Shown here one piece after another: positions 36,865 through 46,010 of a stretch of 64,000 nucleotides of DNA. Position 1 is the stretch's first letter. Each line of letters starts with the position of its first letter. The notes under the pieces were generated by a model that had not been told where the DNA came from, did not search any database, and worked only from the letters and a program-made list of their open reading frames with translations. The translations under genes were made by a program, and so were the position numbers. The stretch is from Nitriliruptoria bacterium (GTDB taxonomy: Bacteria > Actinomycetota > Nitriliruptoria > Euzebyales > Egibacteraceae): the NCBI GenBank assembly GCA_003550425.1, contig PUKE01000090.1, positions 31,231-95,230 on the forward strand, in the 5' to 3' direction.

Positions 36865-38976
36865 TCAGCGCTCGCGCAGGTCGACGTCGGGGAGCGCGGG
36901 CTCGCCCAGCAGGTGACCCTGGAGGAGGTCGCAGCCCGCGCGGGCCAGCCAGGCGCGCTGGCCCTCCTCCTCCACGCCCTCGCCGACCACGGTCAGGTCG
37001 AGGTCGGCGCCCAGCCCGATCACCGCACGGCAGATCGCCGCCGCCGTCGCGTCGGTCGGCGCCTGCGCGGCGAACACGCGGTCGAGCTTGAGGAACGACA
37101 CCGGCAGCCGCGCGACCGCGCCCAGCGCGCCGTACCCGGTGCCGAAGTCGTCGAGGCCGACGCCCACGCCCAGCGCGGTGATGGCCGACAGCTCCTCGAC
37201 CATGCCGGCTCGCGCAGCGAGCAGCACCTGCTCGGTCAGCTCCAGGCGCAACAGCCAGGGCGGCAGCCCGCTGGCGGCGAGCGCCGCGCGAACCTGGTCG
37301 GTCAGGACGCTGGGCGCCAGCTGCTGGTTGGCGACGTTGACCCACAGCGCCAGCGGCGCGTCGCCGCGGTCGCGGTTCCAGGACGCGACCTGCGCGCAGG
37401 CGAGCTCCAGCACCCGCGCGCCCAGCGGCACGATCAGGCCGGTCGCCTCGGCGGTGTCGAGGAACGCCGCGGGCCGCAGCATCCCGAGCTCGGGGTGGGC
37501 CCAACGGACCAGGGCCTCGACCCCACGCACGGCGCAGTCGTCGGCCGAGCGCAGCGGCTGATACGCCACGCGCAGCTCGTCGCCGTCGATCGCTGCCCGC
37601 AGCGCGCTCTCCAGGGCCAGCCGCTCGGAGGTCGCGCGCGCCATCCCCGCGCTGTACAGCGCGACGCCGCTGCCGCTGCGCTTGGCGGTGTACATGGCCG
37701 CGTCAGCGCGGCGCAGGGCCTCGTCGGCCTCGACCGGGTGCCGCGCCAGGCACACGCCGACGCTCCCGCGGACCCGTGGCCCGCTCTGGGTGCCCGCCCC
37801 CGATCCCCGCACCGCCGCCTGCAGGCGGCGGGCGATGCGCTGGGCCATCTCGCTGCTGGTGATGCCCTCGCAGATGACCACGAACTCGTCGCCCCCGGGT
37901 CGCGCCGCGGCGTCGCCAGCGCGCAGCGCCGACTGGAGCCGCTGGGCGACCTGCGCGAGCAGCTGGTCGCCGACGGCGTGCCCGTAGGTGTCGTTGACGT
38001 GCTTGAAGCCGTCGAGGTCGAGGTAGAACACGCCGACCTGCCCGGTGCCGCGCGCGCTGCGCCGCAGCGCGAGCGCCAGCTGCTCCTGCAGCAGCGTCCG
38101 GTTGAGCAGGCCGGTGAGCTGGTCGTACAGCGCGAGCGCGCGCAGGCTCTCCTCGGCCTCCAGGCGAGCGGTGACGTCGACCAGCTGCACGATCGCGGTC
38201 GCCTCCCCCGCGAGCTCGACCAGGGCCACGGTCGCCTCCAGCGACCGCAGCGCGCCGTCGGCGTGGCGCAGCACGGCGATGAGCGTGGCGTCGTGGACCT
38301 CGGCGGCACCGAGCGCCGCGACCAGCAGCTCGCGGCTGGGCGCGTCGAACAGGGCGGCGAGCCGCGTGCTCACCAGCTCGTGCATGGGCAGCCCCGACAG
38401 GCGGCACAGCGCCGCGTTGGCGCGCAGGACGCGGCCGAGCTCGTCGCCGGCCAGGCCGCACAGGGCCATGCCGATCGGGGCGTTGTCGAAGACCTCTCGG
38501 AAGCGCTGCTCGGAGGCGTGCAGCGCCGCGGTGACGGCGTGGCGCTCTAGGGCGTGCTGCACGGTCTTGGCGAGCAGGCCCGGGTCGTAGGCCCCCTTGA
38601 CGAGGTAGTCCTGCGCGCCCTGGCGCAGCGCCTCGCGCGCGGTCTGCCCGTCGTCCAGGCCGGTCAGCACCACGATCGGGGTGCCCGACAGCGCCGCGCG
38701 CGTGCGCGCCAGGGTGTCGAGGCCGCCGCTGTCGGGCAGCGACAGGTCGAGCAGCACCAGGTCGGGTCGCTGCTGCGCGACCCCCTCGAGCGCGTCCGCG
38801 AGGCGCGCGACGCGCTCGAGCGCGTGGGGCCCTGGCGCCACGTCGCGCAGCGACTCGGCGACCAGCCGCGCGTCGGCGTCGTCGTCCTCGACGAGCAGCA
38901 GCCGCAGCGGCGCTGGCTCATGCTCCCGGGCCGACCGCGCGCGCTGTGACTGGGGCGGGTCGGCCAGCCCGGTCAT
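36865..38976 (-). CDS. response-regulator receiver + PAS + GGDEF + EAL protein (c-di-GMP turnover)
   Basis: 703 aa. REC domain (LLLVEDDDAD...DLVLLDLSLPD), PAS (RFREVFDNAPIGMAL), GGDEF (ARPGGDEFVVI), EAL (GVEALVRW, DDFGTGYG, LKLDR). ATG overlaps the upstream stop (ATGA at 38973-38976). Confidence 0.92.
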   Translation of the reverse strand: MTGLADPPQSQRARSAREHEPAPLRLLLVEDDDADARLVAESLRDVAPGPHALERVARLADALEGVAQQRPDLVLLDLSLPDSGGLDTLARTRAALSGTPIVVLTGLDDGQTAREALRQGAQDYLVKGAYDPGLLAKTVQHALERHAVTAALHASEQRFREVFDNAPIGMALCGLAGDELGRVLRANAALCRLSGLPMHELVSTRLAALFDAPSRELLVAALGAAEVHDATLIAVLRHADGALRSLEATVALVELAGEATAIVQLVDVTARLEAEESLRALALYDQLTGLLNRTLLQEQLALALRRSARGTGQVGVFYLDLDGFKHVNDTYGHAVGDQLLAQVAQRLQSALRAGDAAARPGGDEFVVICEGITSSEMAQRIARRLQAAVRGSGAGTQSGPRVRGSVGVCLARHPVEADEALRRADAAMYTAKRSGSGVALYSAGMARATSERLALESALRAAIDGDELRVAYQPLRSADDCAVRGVEALVRWAHPELGMLRPAAFLDTAEATGLIVPLGARVLELACAQVASWNRDRGDAPLALWVNVANQQLAPSVLTDQVRAALAASGLPPWLLRLELTEQVLLAARAGMVEELSAITALGVGVGLDDFGTGYGALGAVARLPVSFLKLDRVFAAQAPTDATAAAICRAVIGLGADLDLTVVGEGVEEEGQRAWLARAGCDLLQGHLLGEPALPDVDLRER

Positions 38977-39446
38977 GGGCCGTCCTCCGGTGGGGCGCCC
39001 TCGCCGTCCCGTGGCGGCAGCGCCACGATCTGGACCCAGAACTGCTCGATCTCCTGGACGATGACCAGGAACTGCGCCAGGTCGATGGGCTTGGTGACGA
39101 AGGCGTTAGCGTGCAGGCGATAGCTGCGCTGCACGTCCGCGTCGGCGCTGGAGGTCGTCAGCACCGTCACCGGGATCAGCGCGAGCTCGGGGTCGCGCTT
39201 GATCTCGGCCAGCAGCTCGTGGCCGGACCGGCGCGGCATGTTGAGGTCGAGGAGGATGAGGTCGGGGCGCGGCGCCGCCTCGTGGCCGGGTCCGCGGCGC
39301 AGGAACGCCAGCGCCTCGTCGCCGTCGGCGACCACGTTGAGCTCGTTGCGCAGCTTCGACTCGGCGAGCGCCTCGCGGGTCAGGCGGACGTCACCGGCGT
39401 CGTCGTCGCACAGCAGGATCGAGATCGGGCGGGGCTGGGCGGTCAC
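38973..39446 (-). CDS. single-domain CheY-like response regulator (Rcp1-like)
   Basis: GTG at 39446, 6 nt after AGGAGG, overlapping the kinase stop (GTGA). ILLCDDDAGDVRL...DLILLDLNMPRRSG...AFVTKP. Confidence 0.9.
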   Translation of the reverse strand: MTAQPRPISILLCDDDAGDVRLTREALAESKLRNELNVVADGDEALAFLRRGPGHEAAPRPDLILLDLNMPRRSGHELLAEIKRDPELALIPVTVLTTSSADADVQRSYRLHANAFVTKPIDLAQFLVIVQEIEQFWVQIVALPPRDGEGAPPEDGP

Positions 39447-41263
39447 GGTGACCCTCCTGTGCGGGGGCGGACCGCCGACGTGGCAGGCCCGGACGTGGCC
39501 CGCTCGCCGGCGTCGTGCGTGCCAGTCGGTGCGGCGGGCAGCTCGACGTGCACCGTGGTGCCCTCGCCGACCGTGGAGGTGGCCCAGATGCGTCCCCCGT
39601 GCGCCTCCACGATGCGACGGCAGATCGACAGCCCCAGTCCGGTGCCGGGGTAGGCCTCGCGCGCGCCGAGGCGCTCGAACAGGTCGAAGATCCGCTCGAG
39701 GTGCTCGGGCGCGATGCCGATGCCGTTGTCGCGCACCGTGAGGCACACCAGGCCGTCCGTGGCCTCCGCGTCGATCGCCACCGTGGGCGCCCGTCCCTCC
39801 ACGAACTTGATCGCGTTGCCCACGAGGTTCTGCAGCAGCCGTGTGAGCGCGGCGGGGTCGCCGCGCACCGCGGGCAGCGCGCCGACCGTCACGGTGGCCT
39901 GCCGCTCTTCCAGGGCCGGTCCGAGCGCGTCGAGGGCAGCCTTGGTCACCGAGGCGAGGTCGACCGCCGTGCGCTCGGTGGACTGCCGCACCCGCGAGTA
40001 GGTGAGCAGGTCCTGGATGAGGCGCTGCATGCGCCGGGCGCCGTCGACGGCGTACGCCATGAACTCGTCGGCGGCGTCGTCGAGGCGACCCTGATAGCGC
40101 CGGGCCAGCAGCTCGGTGTAGCTGGCGACCTTGCGCAGCGGCTCCTGGAGGTCGTGGGAGGCGGCATAGGCGAACTGCTCGAGGTCGCGGTTGGAGCGCG
40201 CCAGCTCGGCGTTGGCCTCCGTGAGCGCCGCGTGCGCCGCGGCCACGCGCCCGCGGCTGCGCAGGGCGTCGCGCAGCAGTCCCAGCGAGGCGCCGCTGAC
40301 CAGCACCAGCAGCCAGTAGGCCAACCATGGCCCGGCGACCGACCAGCCCGTCACCGGCGCCAGCAGCCGTGCCCGTGAGGCGACCAGGATCAGCTGCCAC
40401 GGCGCATCGGGGACGTCCACGGATTGGTAGCGCGCGGCGACCTCGTCGCGCTCCACCGCTCCCGCAGGCGCCGAGGCGACCGCGGCGTCCAGGTCGGGCT
40501 CGAGGGCCGAGAGGGCCGGGCCATGGTCCCCCGCGAGGTGCGGCGCGGCCTCGCCGGTGGCCGCGAGCACCGTGCCCTCGCCGTCCACGACGAAGCCGTC
40601 CCCGCCGTAGAGCTCCACGGCCTCGTCGAGGTAGGCCTGCAGGCCGAGGGAGTCGACGGGCAGCGCCGCGACGTAGCGCAGCGCCTGCGGGCGCTCGTGC
40701 TCGCCGATCGGCAGGGCGAGGGCGATCACCGGCTCCGGGGCGCTGGGGCAGACCGTGAGGTCGCTGACGCCGGTGCGGCCGTCGGCGGCGGCGACGAGGT
40801 GGGGCGCGGCGGGGTCCAGCAGGGTGGCGCACAGCTCGGCGTCCTCGGGCACGCGTGCGCGCTCGCGACCCGCGGCATCCAGGATCGCGCCGGCCCGCAC
40901 CGGCGAGGCGCGCACCGCGACCGCGAAGCCCGAGGCGTCCAGCGCGCCCTCGGCCAGGCGCGCCTCGGCCTGCGCGTCGAGCCAGCGGGCCTGCTGGTCG
41001 AGCTCGAGCGCCACGTACGACGCCGCCAGCTGCGCGCGCATCGCGAAGCGGTCCTGCAAGGACTGGCGGTGCTGGGCCTGCAGCACCGCCAGGGCGACCC
41101 CGATGCCCAGCAGCACCAGGACCACCACGACGATCAGGATCAGCAGGGGCGAGCGCTCAGTCGTCACGCGCCCGTGGTCGGTGACCGGGTCGGAGCCGTG
41201 CGCGCCCGTCGCTGGGCCCACGCGGGGCGTGCCCTCGCGATCGTGGTCTGGCCTGGGCCGCAT
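39443..41263 (-). CDS. sensor histidine kinase with an about 300-aa extracytoplasmic domain between two TM helices
   Basis: ATG at 41263 preceded by GGGGAGGAG. TM1 LLILIVVVVLVLLGIGVALAV and TM2 WLAYWLLVLVSGASLGLL. H-box FAYAASHDLQEPL, N-box LLQNLVGNAIKF, G-boxes VRDNGIGI and GTGLGLSI. Confidence 0.88.
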   Translation of the reverse strand: MRPRPDHDREGTPRVGPATGAHGSDPVTDHGRVTTERSPLLILIVVVVLVLLGIGVALAVLQAQHRQSLQDRFAMRAQLAASYVALELDQQARWLDAQAEARLAEGALDASGFAVAVRASPVRAGAILDAAGRERARVPEDAELCATLLDPAAPHLVAAADGRTGVSDLTVCPSAPEPVIALALPIGEHERPQALRYVAALPVDSLGLQAYLDEAVELYGGDGFVVDGEGTVLAATGEAAPHLAGDHGPALSALEPDLDAAVASAPAGAVERDEVAARYQSVDVPDAPWQLILVASRARLLAPVTGWSVAGPWLAYWLLVLVSGASLGLLRDALRSRGRVAAAHAALTEANAELARSNRDLEQFAYAASHDLQEPLRKVASYTELLARRYQGRLDDAADEFMAYAVDGARRMQRLIQDLLTYSRVRQSTERTAVDLASVTKAALDALGPALEERQATVTVGALPAVRGDPAALTRLLQNLVGNAIKFVEGRAPTVAIDAEATDGLVCLTVRDNGIGIAPEHLERIFDLFERLGAREAYPGTGLGLSICRRIVEAHGGRIWATSTVGEGTTVHVELPAAPTGTHDAGERATSGPATSAVRPRTGGSP

Positions 41264-41315
41264 CGGGGCTCCTCCCCGATCCTGCCCTGCGGCCGGGCGA
41301 GGAGGCCCGGACCGG

Positions 41316-41378
41316 TGCGGCAGGGTCGGCGCCGTACCGCTGCGGCAGGGTCGGCGCTGCCGACGCTGCCACTGGCAG
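41316..41378. promoter_or_regulatory. 17-bp direct repeat x2 plus a 6-1-6 palindrome upstream of the kinase operon
   Basis: tgcggcagggtcggcgc at 41316-41332 and 41341-41357. Palindrome ctgcca c tggcag at 41366-41378. Located 55-115 nt upstream of the kinase start. Function not demonstrated. Confidence 0.4.
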
Positions 41379-41474
41379 CATGACACGCCCCAGGGCCGCC
41401 TGGACCCCCGTTGCCAGGACCCTGGTGTGCCCGGCGCCGCCCCTCGGCGCCGCGCGGCGGCGCAGGGCCGGGGG

Positions 41475-43976
41475 TCAGCCCGGCTTGGTGACCAGGTTCA
41501 GCATGCGCCCGGGGACCCAGATCGTCTTGGCCAGCGCGCGCCCCTCGAGGTGTCGCGCCACGTTGGCGACGTCGCGGGCGGCGGCGAGGGCCTCGTCCTC
41601 CGCGGCCTCGACGGCGACCTCGATCTCGCCACGGACCTTGCCGTCGACCTGCACTGGCACCGTGACGATGTCGGTGACCAGGAGCGCGGGATCGTGCTCG
41701 GGCCAGCGCTGCACGGCGACGGACTGCTCGTGGCCCAGGCGGTGCCACAGCTCCTCGGCCACGTGCGGCGCGATCGGCGACAGCATGACGGCAGCGGCCT
41801 CCAGGGCCTCGCGCACCGGCGCGCCGGCCACGCCGTCGCGCTGGGCGGCGCCCACGGCGTTGGACAGCTCCATCAGCTTGGCGATGGCGGTGTTGTACTT
41901 GAAGGCCGCGACGTCACCGCCCACGCCCGCGATGGCCTGGTGGGTGGCGCGACGCAGGCTGGCGCGGGCGTCGTCGGTGCCCGCGTCGTCCTCGCCGGCG
42001 GCGACGTGCGCGTCGACCAGGCGCGTCAGCCGCGAGAGCCACCGGAACGTCCCGGCGGGGCTGACGTCGGACCAGTCGACGTCGTCCTCGATCGGCCCGG
42101 CGAACAGCATCGTGGTGCGCAGCGTGTCGGCGCCGAACTCGCTGACGACCTCCTTGGGCTCCACGAGGTTGCCCTTGGACTTGCTCATGGCCGCCCCGTC
42201 CTTGAGGACCATCCCCTGGGACTTCAGGCGGGTGAAGGGCTCGACGAAGTCGACGTGGCCGAGGTCGTGCAACGCCTTGGTGAAGAAGCGGGCGTAGAGC
42301 AGGTGCAGGATGGCGTGCTCGATGCCGCCGGTGTACTGGTCGACGGGCATCCAGCGGCGCACCGCCTCGGGATCGAAGGCGACGTCGTCACGATCCGGCG
42401 AGCAGTACCGCAGGAAGTACCACGACGAGTCCACGAAGGTGTCCATCGTGTCGGTCTCGCGCTGCGCGGGCCCCTCGCAGCGCGGGCAGTCGACCGAGGT
42501 GAAGCCCTCGTGCTCGGCCAGCGGCGACTCGCCGCCCGGGGTGAACGCCACCTCGCTGGGGTCGGGGAGCTCGACGGGGAGCTCCTCCTCGGGCACCGGG
42601 ACCTGGCCGCAGCGCTCGCAGTGGATGATCGGGATCGGGCAGCCCCAGAAGCGCTGGCGGCTGACCAGCCAGTCGCGCAGGCGGTAGTTCACCGCGAACT
42701 CGCCGAGCCCCCGCGCCGCGAGGTCGCGGGTGATGCGGTCCTTGGTCTCGGGCCAGGGGAGGCCGTCGTAGGGGCCGGAGTTGACGGTGGTCCCCTCCCC
42801 CGCGGCGGCCTCGGTCATCGTCGCGGGGTCGGGCGCCTGCGCGTCCTCGGGAGCGACGACCACGCGGACCGGCAGGTCGTGGGCGCGCGCGAAGTCCAGG
42901 TCGCGCTGGTCGTGGGCGGGCACGGCCATGATCGCGCCGGTGCCATAGCCCATGAGCACATAGTCGGCGGCGTAGACCGGCAGGCGCTCGCCGTTGACGG
43001 GATTGACCGCCTCCACGCCCAGCGGCACGCCGTCCTTGTCGCCGCCGGCGGCCTCGCGCTCCACGTCGCTCTTGCGGCGGACGCGCTCGCGGAAGGCGTC
43101 GAACGCCTCGACGGCCCCGCCGGCCTGCGCCCACGCGCGCGCCTGGGGATGCTCGGGCGCCACCACGAAGAAGGTCGCCCCGTACAGGGTGTCGGGGCGC
43201 GTGGTGTAGACCACGACCTCCTCGCCCTGCTCGGCGTCCTGCGACGGCGCTGCGATCCGGAAGGTGACGTTGGCGCCCTCGCTGCGACCGATCCAGTTGC
43301 GCTGCAGCGCCAGCACCCGCTGTGGCCAGGTGTCCTCGAGGTGGCGCATGTCGTCGAGCAGCCGCTCGGCGAAGTCGGTGATCTTCAGGAACCACTGCGT
43401 CAGCGGCTTCTTGGTGACCTCGGTGTCGCAGTACTCGCAGGCCCCGTCGTGCACCTGCTCGTTGGCCAGCACCGTCTGGCACGAGGGGCACCAGTTGACC
43501 TCGGAGTCGGCCCGGTAGGCCCAGCCCGCCTCGTACAGCTGCAGGAAGATCCACTGGGTCCAGCGGTAGTACTCGGGGTCCGAGGTGTGCAGCCGCCGCG
43601 ACCAGTCCCACGCGAGGCCCAGGCGCTGCATGGTCGCCGCCTGCGTCTCGATGTTGTCGTAGGTCCACTGCTTGGGGTCGATGCCGCGACGGATCGCCGC
43701 GTTCTCGGCGTTGAGCCCGAAGGAGTCCCACCCGATCGGGTTCATGACCTCGTAGCCCTGCAGCCGCTGGTAGCGCGCCACGGCATCGGCGAGGCTGAAC
43801 GCCTCGACGTGCCCCATGTGGAGGTCCCCCGAGGGGTAGGGGAACATGTGCAGCGCGTAGAAGGGCGGCGCCGTGGCGTCCTCGCGCGCCTCGAAGAGCC
43901 GCTGGTCGCTCCACCACTGCTGCCAGCGGGGCTCGATCTCGTGCGGGTCGTAGCCGGTGCGAACCGCGTCGGTCAC
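41475..43976 (-). CDS. leuS: leucyl-tRNA synthetase
   Basis: GTG at 43976 preceded by GAGGAG. HIGH motif as [11 protein letters not shown] and KMSKS motif as AMSKSKGN. LeuS-like along the full length. Confidence 0.95.
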   Translation of the reverse strand: MTDAVRTGYDPHEIEPRWQQWWSDQRLFEAREDATAPPFYALHMFPYPSGDLHMGHVEAFSLADAVARYQRLQGYEVMNPIGWDSFGLNAENAAIRRGIDPKQWTYDNIETQAATMQRLGLAWDWSRRLHTSDPEYYRWTQWIFLQLYEAGWAYRADSEVNWCPSCQTVLANEQVHDGACEYCDTEVTKKPLTQWFLKITDFAERLLDDMRHLEDTWPQRVLALQRNWIGRSEGANVTFRIAAPSQDAEQGEEVVVYTTRPDTLYGATFFVVAPEHPQARAWAQAGGAVEAFDAFRERVRRKSDVEREAAGGDKDGVPLGVEAVNPVNGERLPVYAADYVLMGYGTGAIMAVPAHDQRDLDFARAHDLPVRVVVAPEDAQAPDPATMTEAAAGEGTTVNSGPYDGLPWPETKDRITRDLAARGLGEFAVNYRLRDWLVSRQRFWGCPIPIIHCERCGQVPVPEEELPVELPDPSEVAFTPGGESPLAEHEGFTSVDCPRCEGPAQRETDTMDTFVDSSWYFLRYCSPDRDDVAFDPEAVRRWMPVDQYTGGIEHAILHLLYARFFTKALHDLGHVDFVEPFTRLKSQGMVLKDGAAMSKSKGNLVEPKEVVSEFGADTLRTTMLFAGPIEDDVDWSDVSPAGTFRWLSRLTRLVDAHVAAGEDDAGTDDARASLRRATHQAIAGVGGDVAAFKYNTAIAKLMELSNAVGAAQRDGVAGAPVREALEAAAVMLSPIAPHVAEELWHRLGHEQSVAVQRWPEHDPALLVTDIVTVPVQVDGKVRGEIEVAVEAAEDEALAAARDVANVARHLEGRALAKTIWVPGRMLNLVTKPG

Positions 43977-44203
43977 CGTTGCGCTCCTCGGAGGTGCTCG
44001 CCGAACTGGGCGGACGCAGTCTAGCGAGGTCCCCGACGGGGCAGTCCACGGGAGCGGGCAGGGCCGAGGCGGGCGCCTTGTCAGCATCGCCCCTTCCGCG
44101 CGCCTCCTCGGCGTTGCCTGCTCCGCCTTACGCACCGGCGGCAGCGGCCGACCCGGGACAGCAGCGCAGTCGTGCGGTCGCGAGCCTGACGAGGAGCCCT
44201 GCC

Positions 44204-45559
44204 ATGGCCGGGAAGCTGCAGAACCTGACGCTGAACCAGAAGCTCATCGGAGCCGTGGCGGTGCCCGCCGTGGTCGCCGTGATCGCGGTCGTGGTCGCGA
44301 TCCTCGCCGTGACCGAGGTCTACACCGCCCGGGTGGGCCTGACCACGCTGCTGACGGTGCTCGGGGTCGCCACGGTCGTCGTGGCCGCGGGGATCGCCTT
44401 GAGCCTGCGACGCTCGGTAGGACGCCCGCTGGCGACCACCAGCGGCGACCTGGCGGTGGGCGCCGAGGAGATGCGCGCGGCCAGCACGCTGCTGGCCCGC
44501 GACGCCAACGAGGTGGCCGAGCAGCTCGGGTCCGCCGCGGCCGCGATCGAGCAGGTGAGCTCGAACGTCGGCTCGCTGGCCACCGGCACCGAGGAGATGT
44601 CGGCCTCCATCCAGGAGATCACCCAGCAGGCCAGCACGGCGGCGACCGTGGCCCGCGAGGGGGCGAGCAAGGCCGAGGACACCGGCGAGGTGGTGCGCCG
44701 GCTGTCCACGAGCTCCGGCGAGATCGGCGACGCCGCGAAGCTCATCCACTCCATCGCCGAGCAGACCAACCTGCTGGCCCTGAACGCCACCATCGAGGCC
44801 GCCCGCGCCGGCGAGGCCGGCAAGGGCTTCGCCGTGGTCGCCCATGAGGTGAAGGACCTCGCCAGCGAGACCGCCCAGGCCACCGAGCGGATCAGCGAGA
44901 CCATCACCCAGGTCCAGGACGCCGCTCACGAGACCGCCGAGGCCATCGCCGGCATCACCGAGACGATCCAGCAGATCGACGAGAACCAGAGCGCGATCGC
45001 CTCGGCGGTCGAGGAGCAGAGCGCCACCGCCGAGGAGATGACCCGCAACGTCCATGAGGCCTCCTCGGGCGCCAGCGACGTCGCCGAGCGGGCCGCGAGC
45101 GTGACCCAGGCCAGCCAGAGCGCCGGGGAGCGCGCCACCGACGCGTTCCACACGGCCGAGCGGCTGGCGGGCACGTCGCTGCAGCTCGGCAACGTGGTCG
45201 GCGACACCGACACCGGCGAGGACCCGGTGCGCGCCGCGATCGCCGCGCACGGCATGTGGAAGGCGCGCCTGGAGGACGCCGCGCACACCGGCCGCAGCAG
45301 CTTCGACCCGGTCACGGCCCGCGCCAACGACCGCTGCGCGTTCGGCAAGTGGCTGGCCACCCAGCCGCGCGACGAGCGCGTCGAGGAGATCGGCCGTCTG
45401 CACGCCAAGTTCCACGAGGAGGCCGGCGGCATCCTCGAGCTCGCCCTGCGCGGGCGGCGCGACGAGGCGCTGGCTCACCTGGACGTGGGCACCAGCTTCG
45501 CCGACGTCTCCAGCGAGCTGACCCAGCGCATGGTCGACTGGGCCAGCGAGCGTCACTGA
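44204..45559 (+). CDS. methyl-accepting chemotaxis protein with C-terminal CZB (chemoreceptor zinc-binding) domain
   Basis: ATG at 44204, 7 nt after GAGGAG. Two adjacent TM helices. Conserved MCP hairpin tip [36 protein letters not shown]-terminal HGMWKARL...CAFGKWL...HAKFHEEA (CZB signature). Confidence 0.9.
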   Translation: MAGKLQNLTLNQKLIGAVAVPAVVAVIAVVVAILAVTEVYTARVGLTTLLTVLGVATVVVAAGIALSLRRSVGRPLATTSGDLAVGAEEMRAASTLLARDANEVAEQLGSAAAAIEQVSSNVGSLATGTEEMSASIQEITQQASTAATVAREGASKAEDTGEVVRRLSTSSGEIGDAAKLIHSIAEQTNLLALNATIEAARAGEAGKGFAVVAHEVKDLASETAQATERISETITQVQDAAHETAEAIAGITETIQQIDENQSAIASAVEEQSATAEEMTRNVHEASSGASDVAERAASVTQASQSAGERATDAFHTAERLAGTSLQLGNVVGDTDTGEDPVRAAIAAHGMWKARLEDAAHTGRSSFDPVTARANDRCAFGKWLATQPRDERVEEIGRLHAKFHEEAGGILELALRGRRDEALAHLDVGTSFADVSSELTQRMVDWASERH

Positions 45560-45642
45560 ACGGTGCGATGATGGGGCGCGCGGATCGCGGCAGGCCGCGT
45601 GGCGCGCCCCAGCGCTCCTCGCTACACTGCCGAACCGCTCTG

Positions 45643-45715
45643 GGGGCCGTAGCTCAGGTGGTAGAGCGCAGCCATGGCATGGCTGAGGTCACGGGTTCGA
45701 GTCCCGTCGGCTCCA
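45643..45715 (+). tRNA. tRNA-Ala (anticodon GGC)
   Basis: Manual cloverleaf. Acceptor GGGGCCG/CGGCUCC includes the G3:U70 alanine identity pair. D-arm GCTCAGGTGGTAGAGC. Anticodon stem CAGCC/GGCTG with loop AT-GGC-AT. T-arm ACGGG TTCGAGT CCCGT. Discriminator A. CCA is not encoded. Confidence 0.93.
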
Positions 45716-45845
45716 CTCCGGCATCACGATGCCGAGCGGTTCGCGGCCGCCGGCGTCCACGAAGGGACGCGCGGCGGTGAGAGCCGGACCGACGGCGCCA
45801 CAAGGGCGCCCCCCCCGGTCCCGGCTCACGCGAGGTGGCAACGAC

Positions 45846-45867
45846 GGCCCCGCGCTCGCGCGGGGCC
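45846..45867 (+). terminator. 9-bp GC stem / 4-nt loop hairpin downstream of tRNA-Ala
   Basis: ggccccgcg ctcg cgcggggcc followed by gtt. Lies between the tRNA and the sdhA leader. Confidence 0.5.
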
Positions 45868-46010
45868 GTTCGCGTGTGCGAGGGTGGGCGCATCAGCGCT
45901 CGCGGCGCACCGCCGCAGGGACCTTCGACCCGCATCGCAGGACCCTCCCGAGAGCCCGCGCCGCGGCCAGCGCGGCAGGATGGTCCGAGAAGCGAACGGG
46001 AGGCTTGCGA

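Noticed and set aside
43977-44203. T-box leader upstream of leuS
   Set aside because: The leuS/MCP divergent spacer shows no T-box core (no GGTGGTACCGCG-like sequence on the leuS strand) and no obvious specifier or antiterminator structure.
45643-46010. Integrative element at tRNA-Ala
   Set aside because: No integrase or excisionase gene is present. I did not spot a repeat of the tRNA 3' end downstream. The adjacent genes (sdhAB) are metabolic and have native-looking codon usage.
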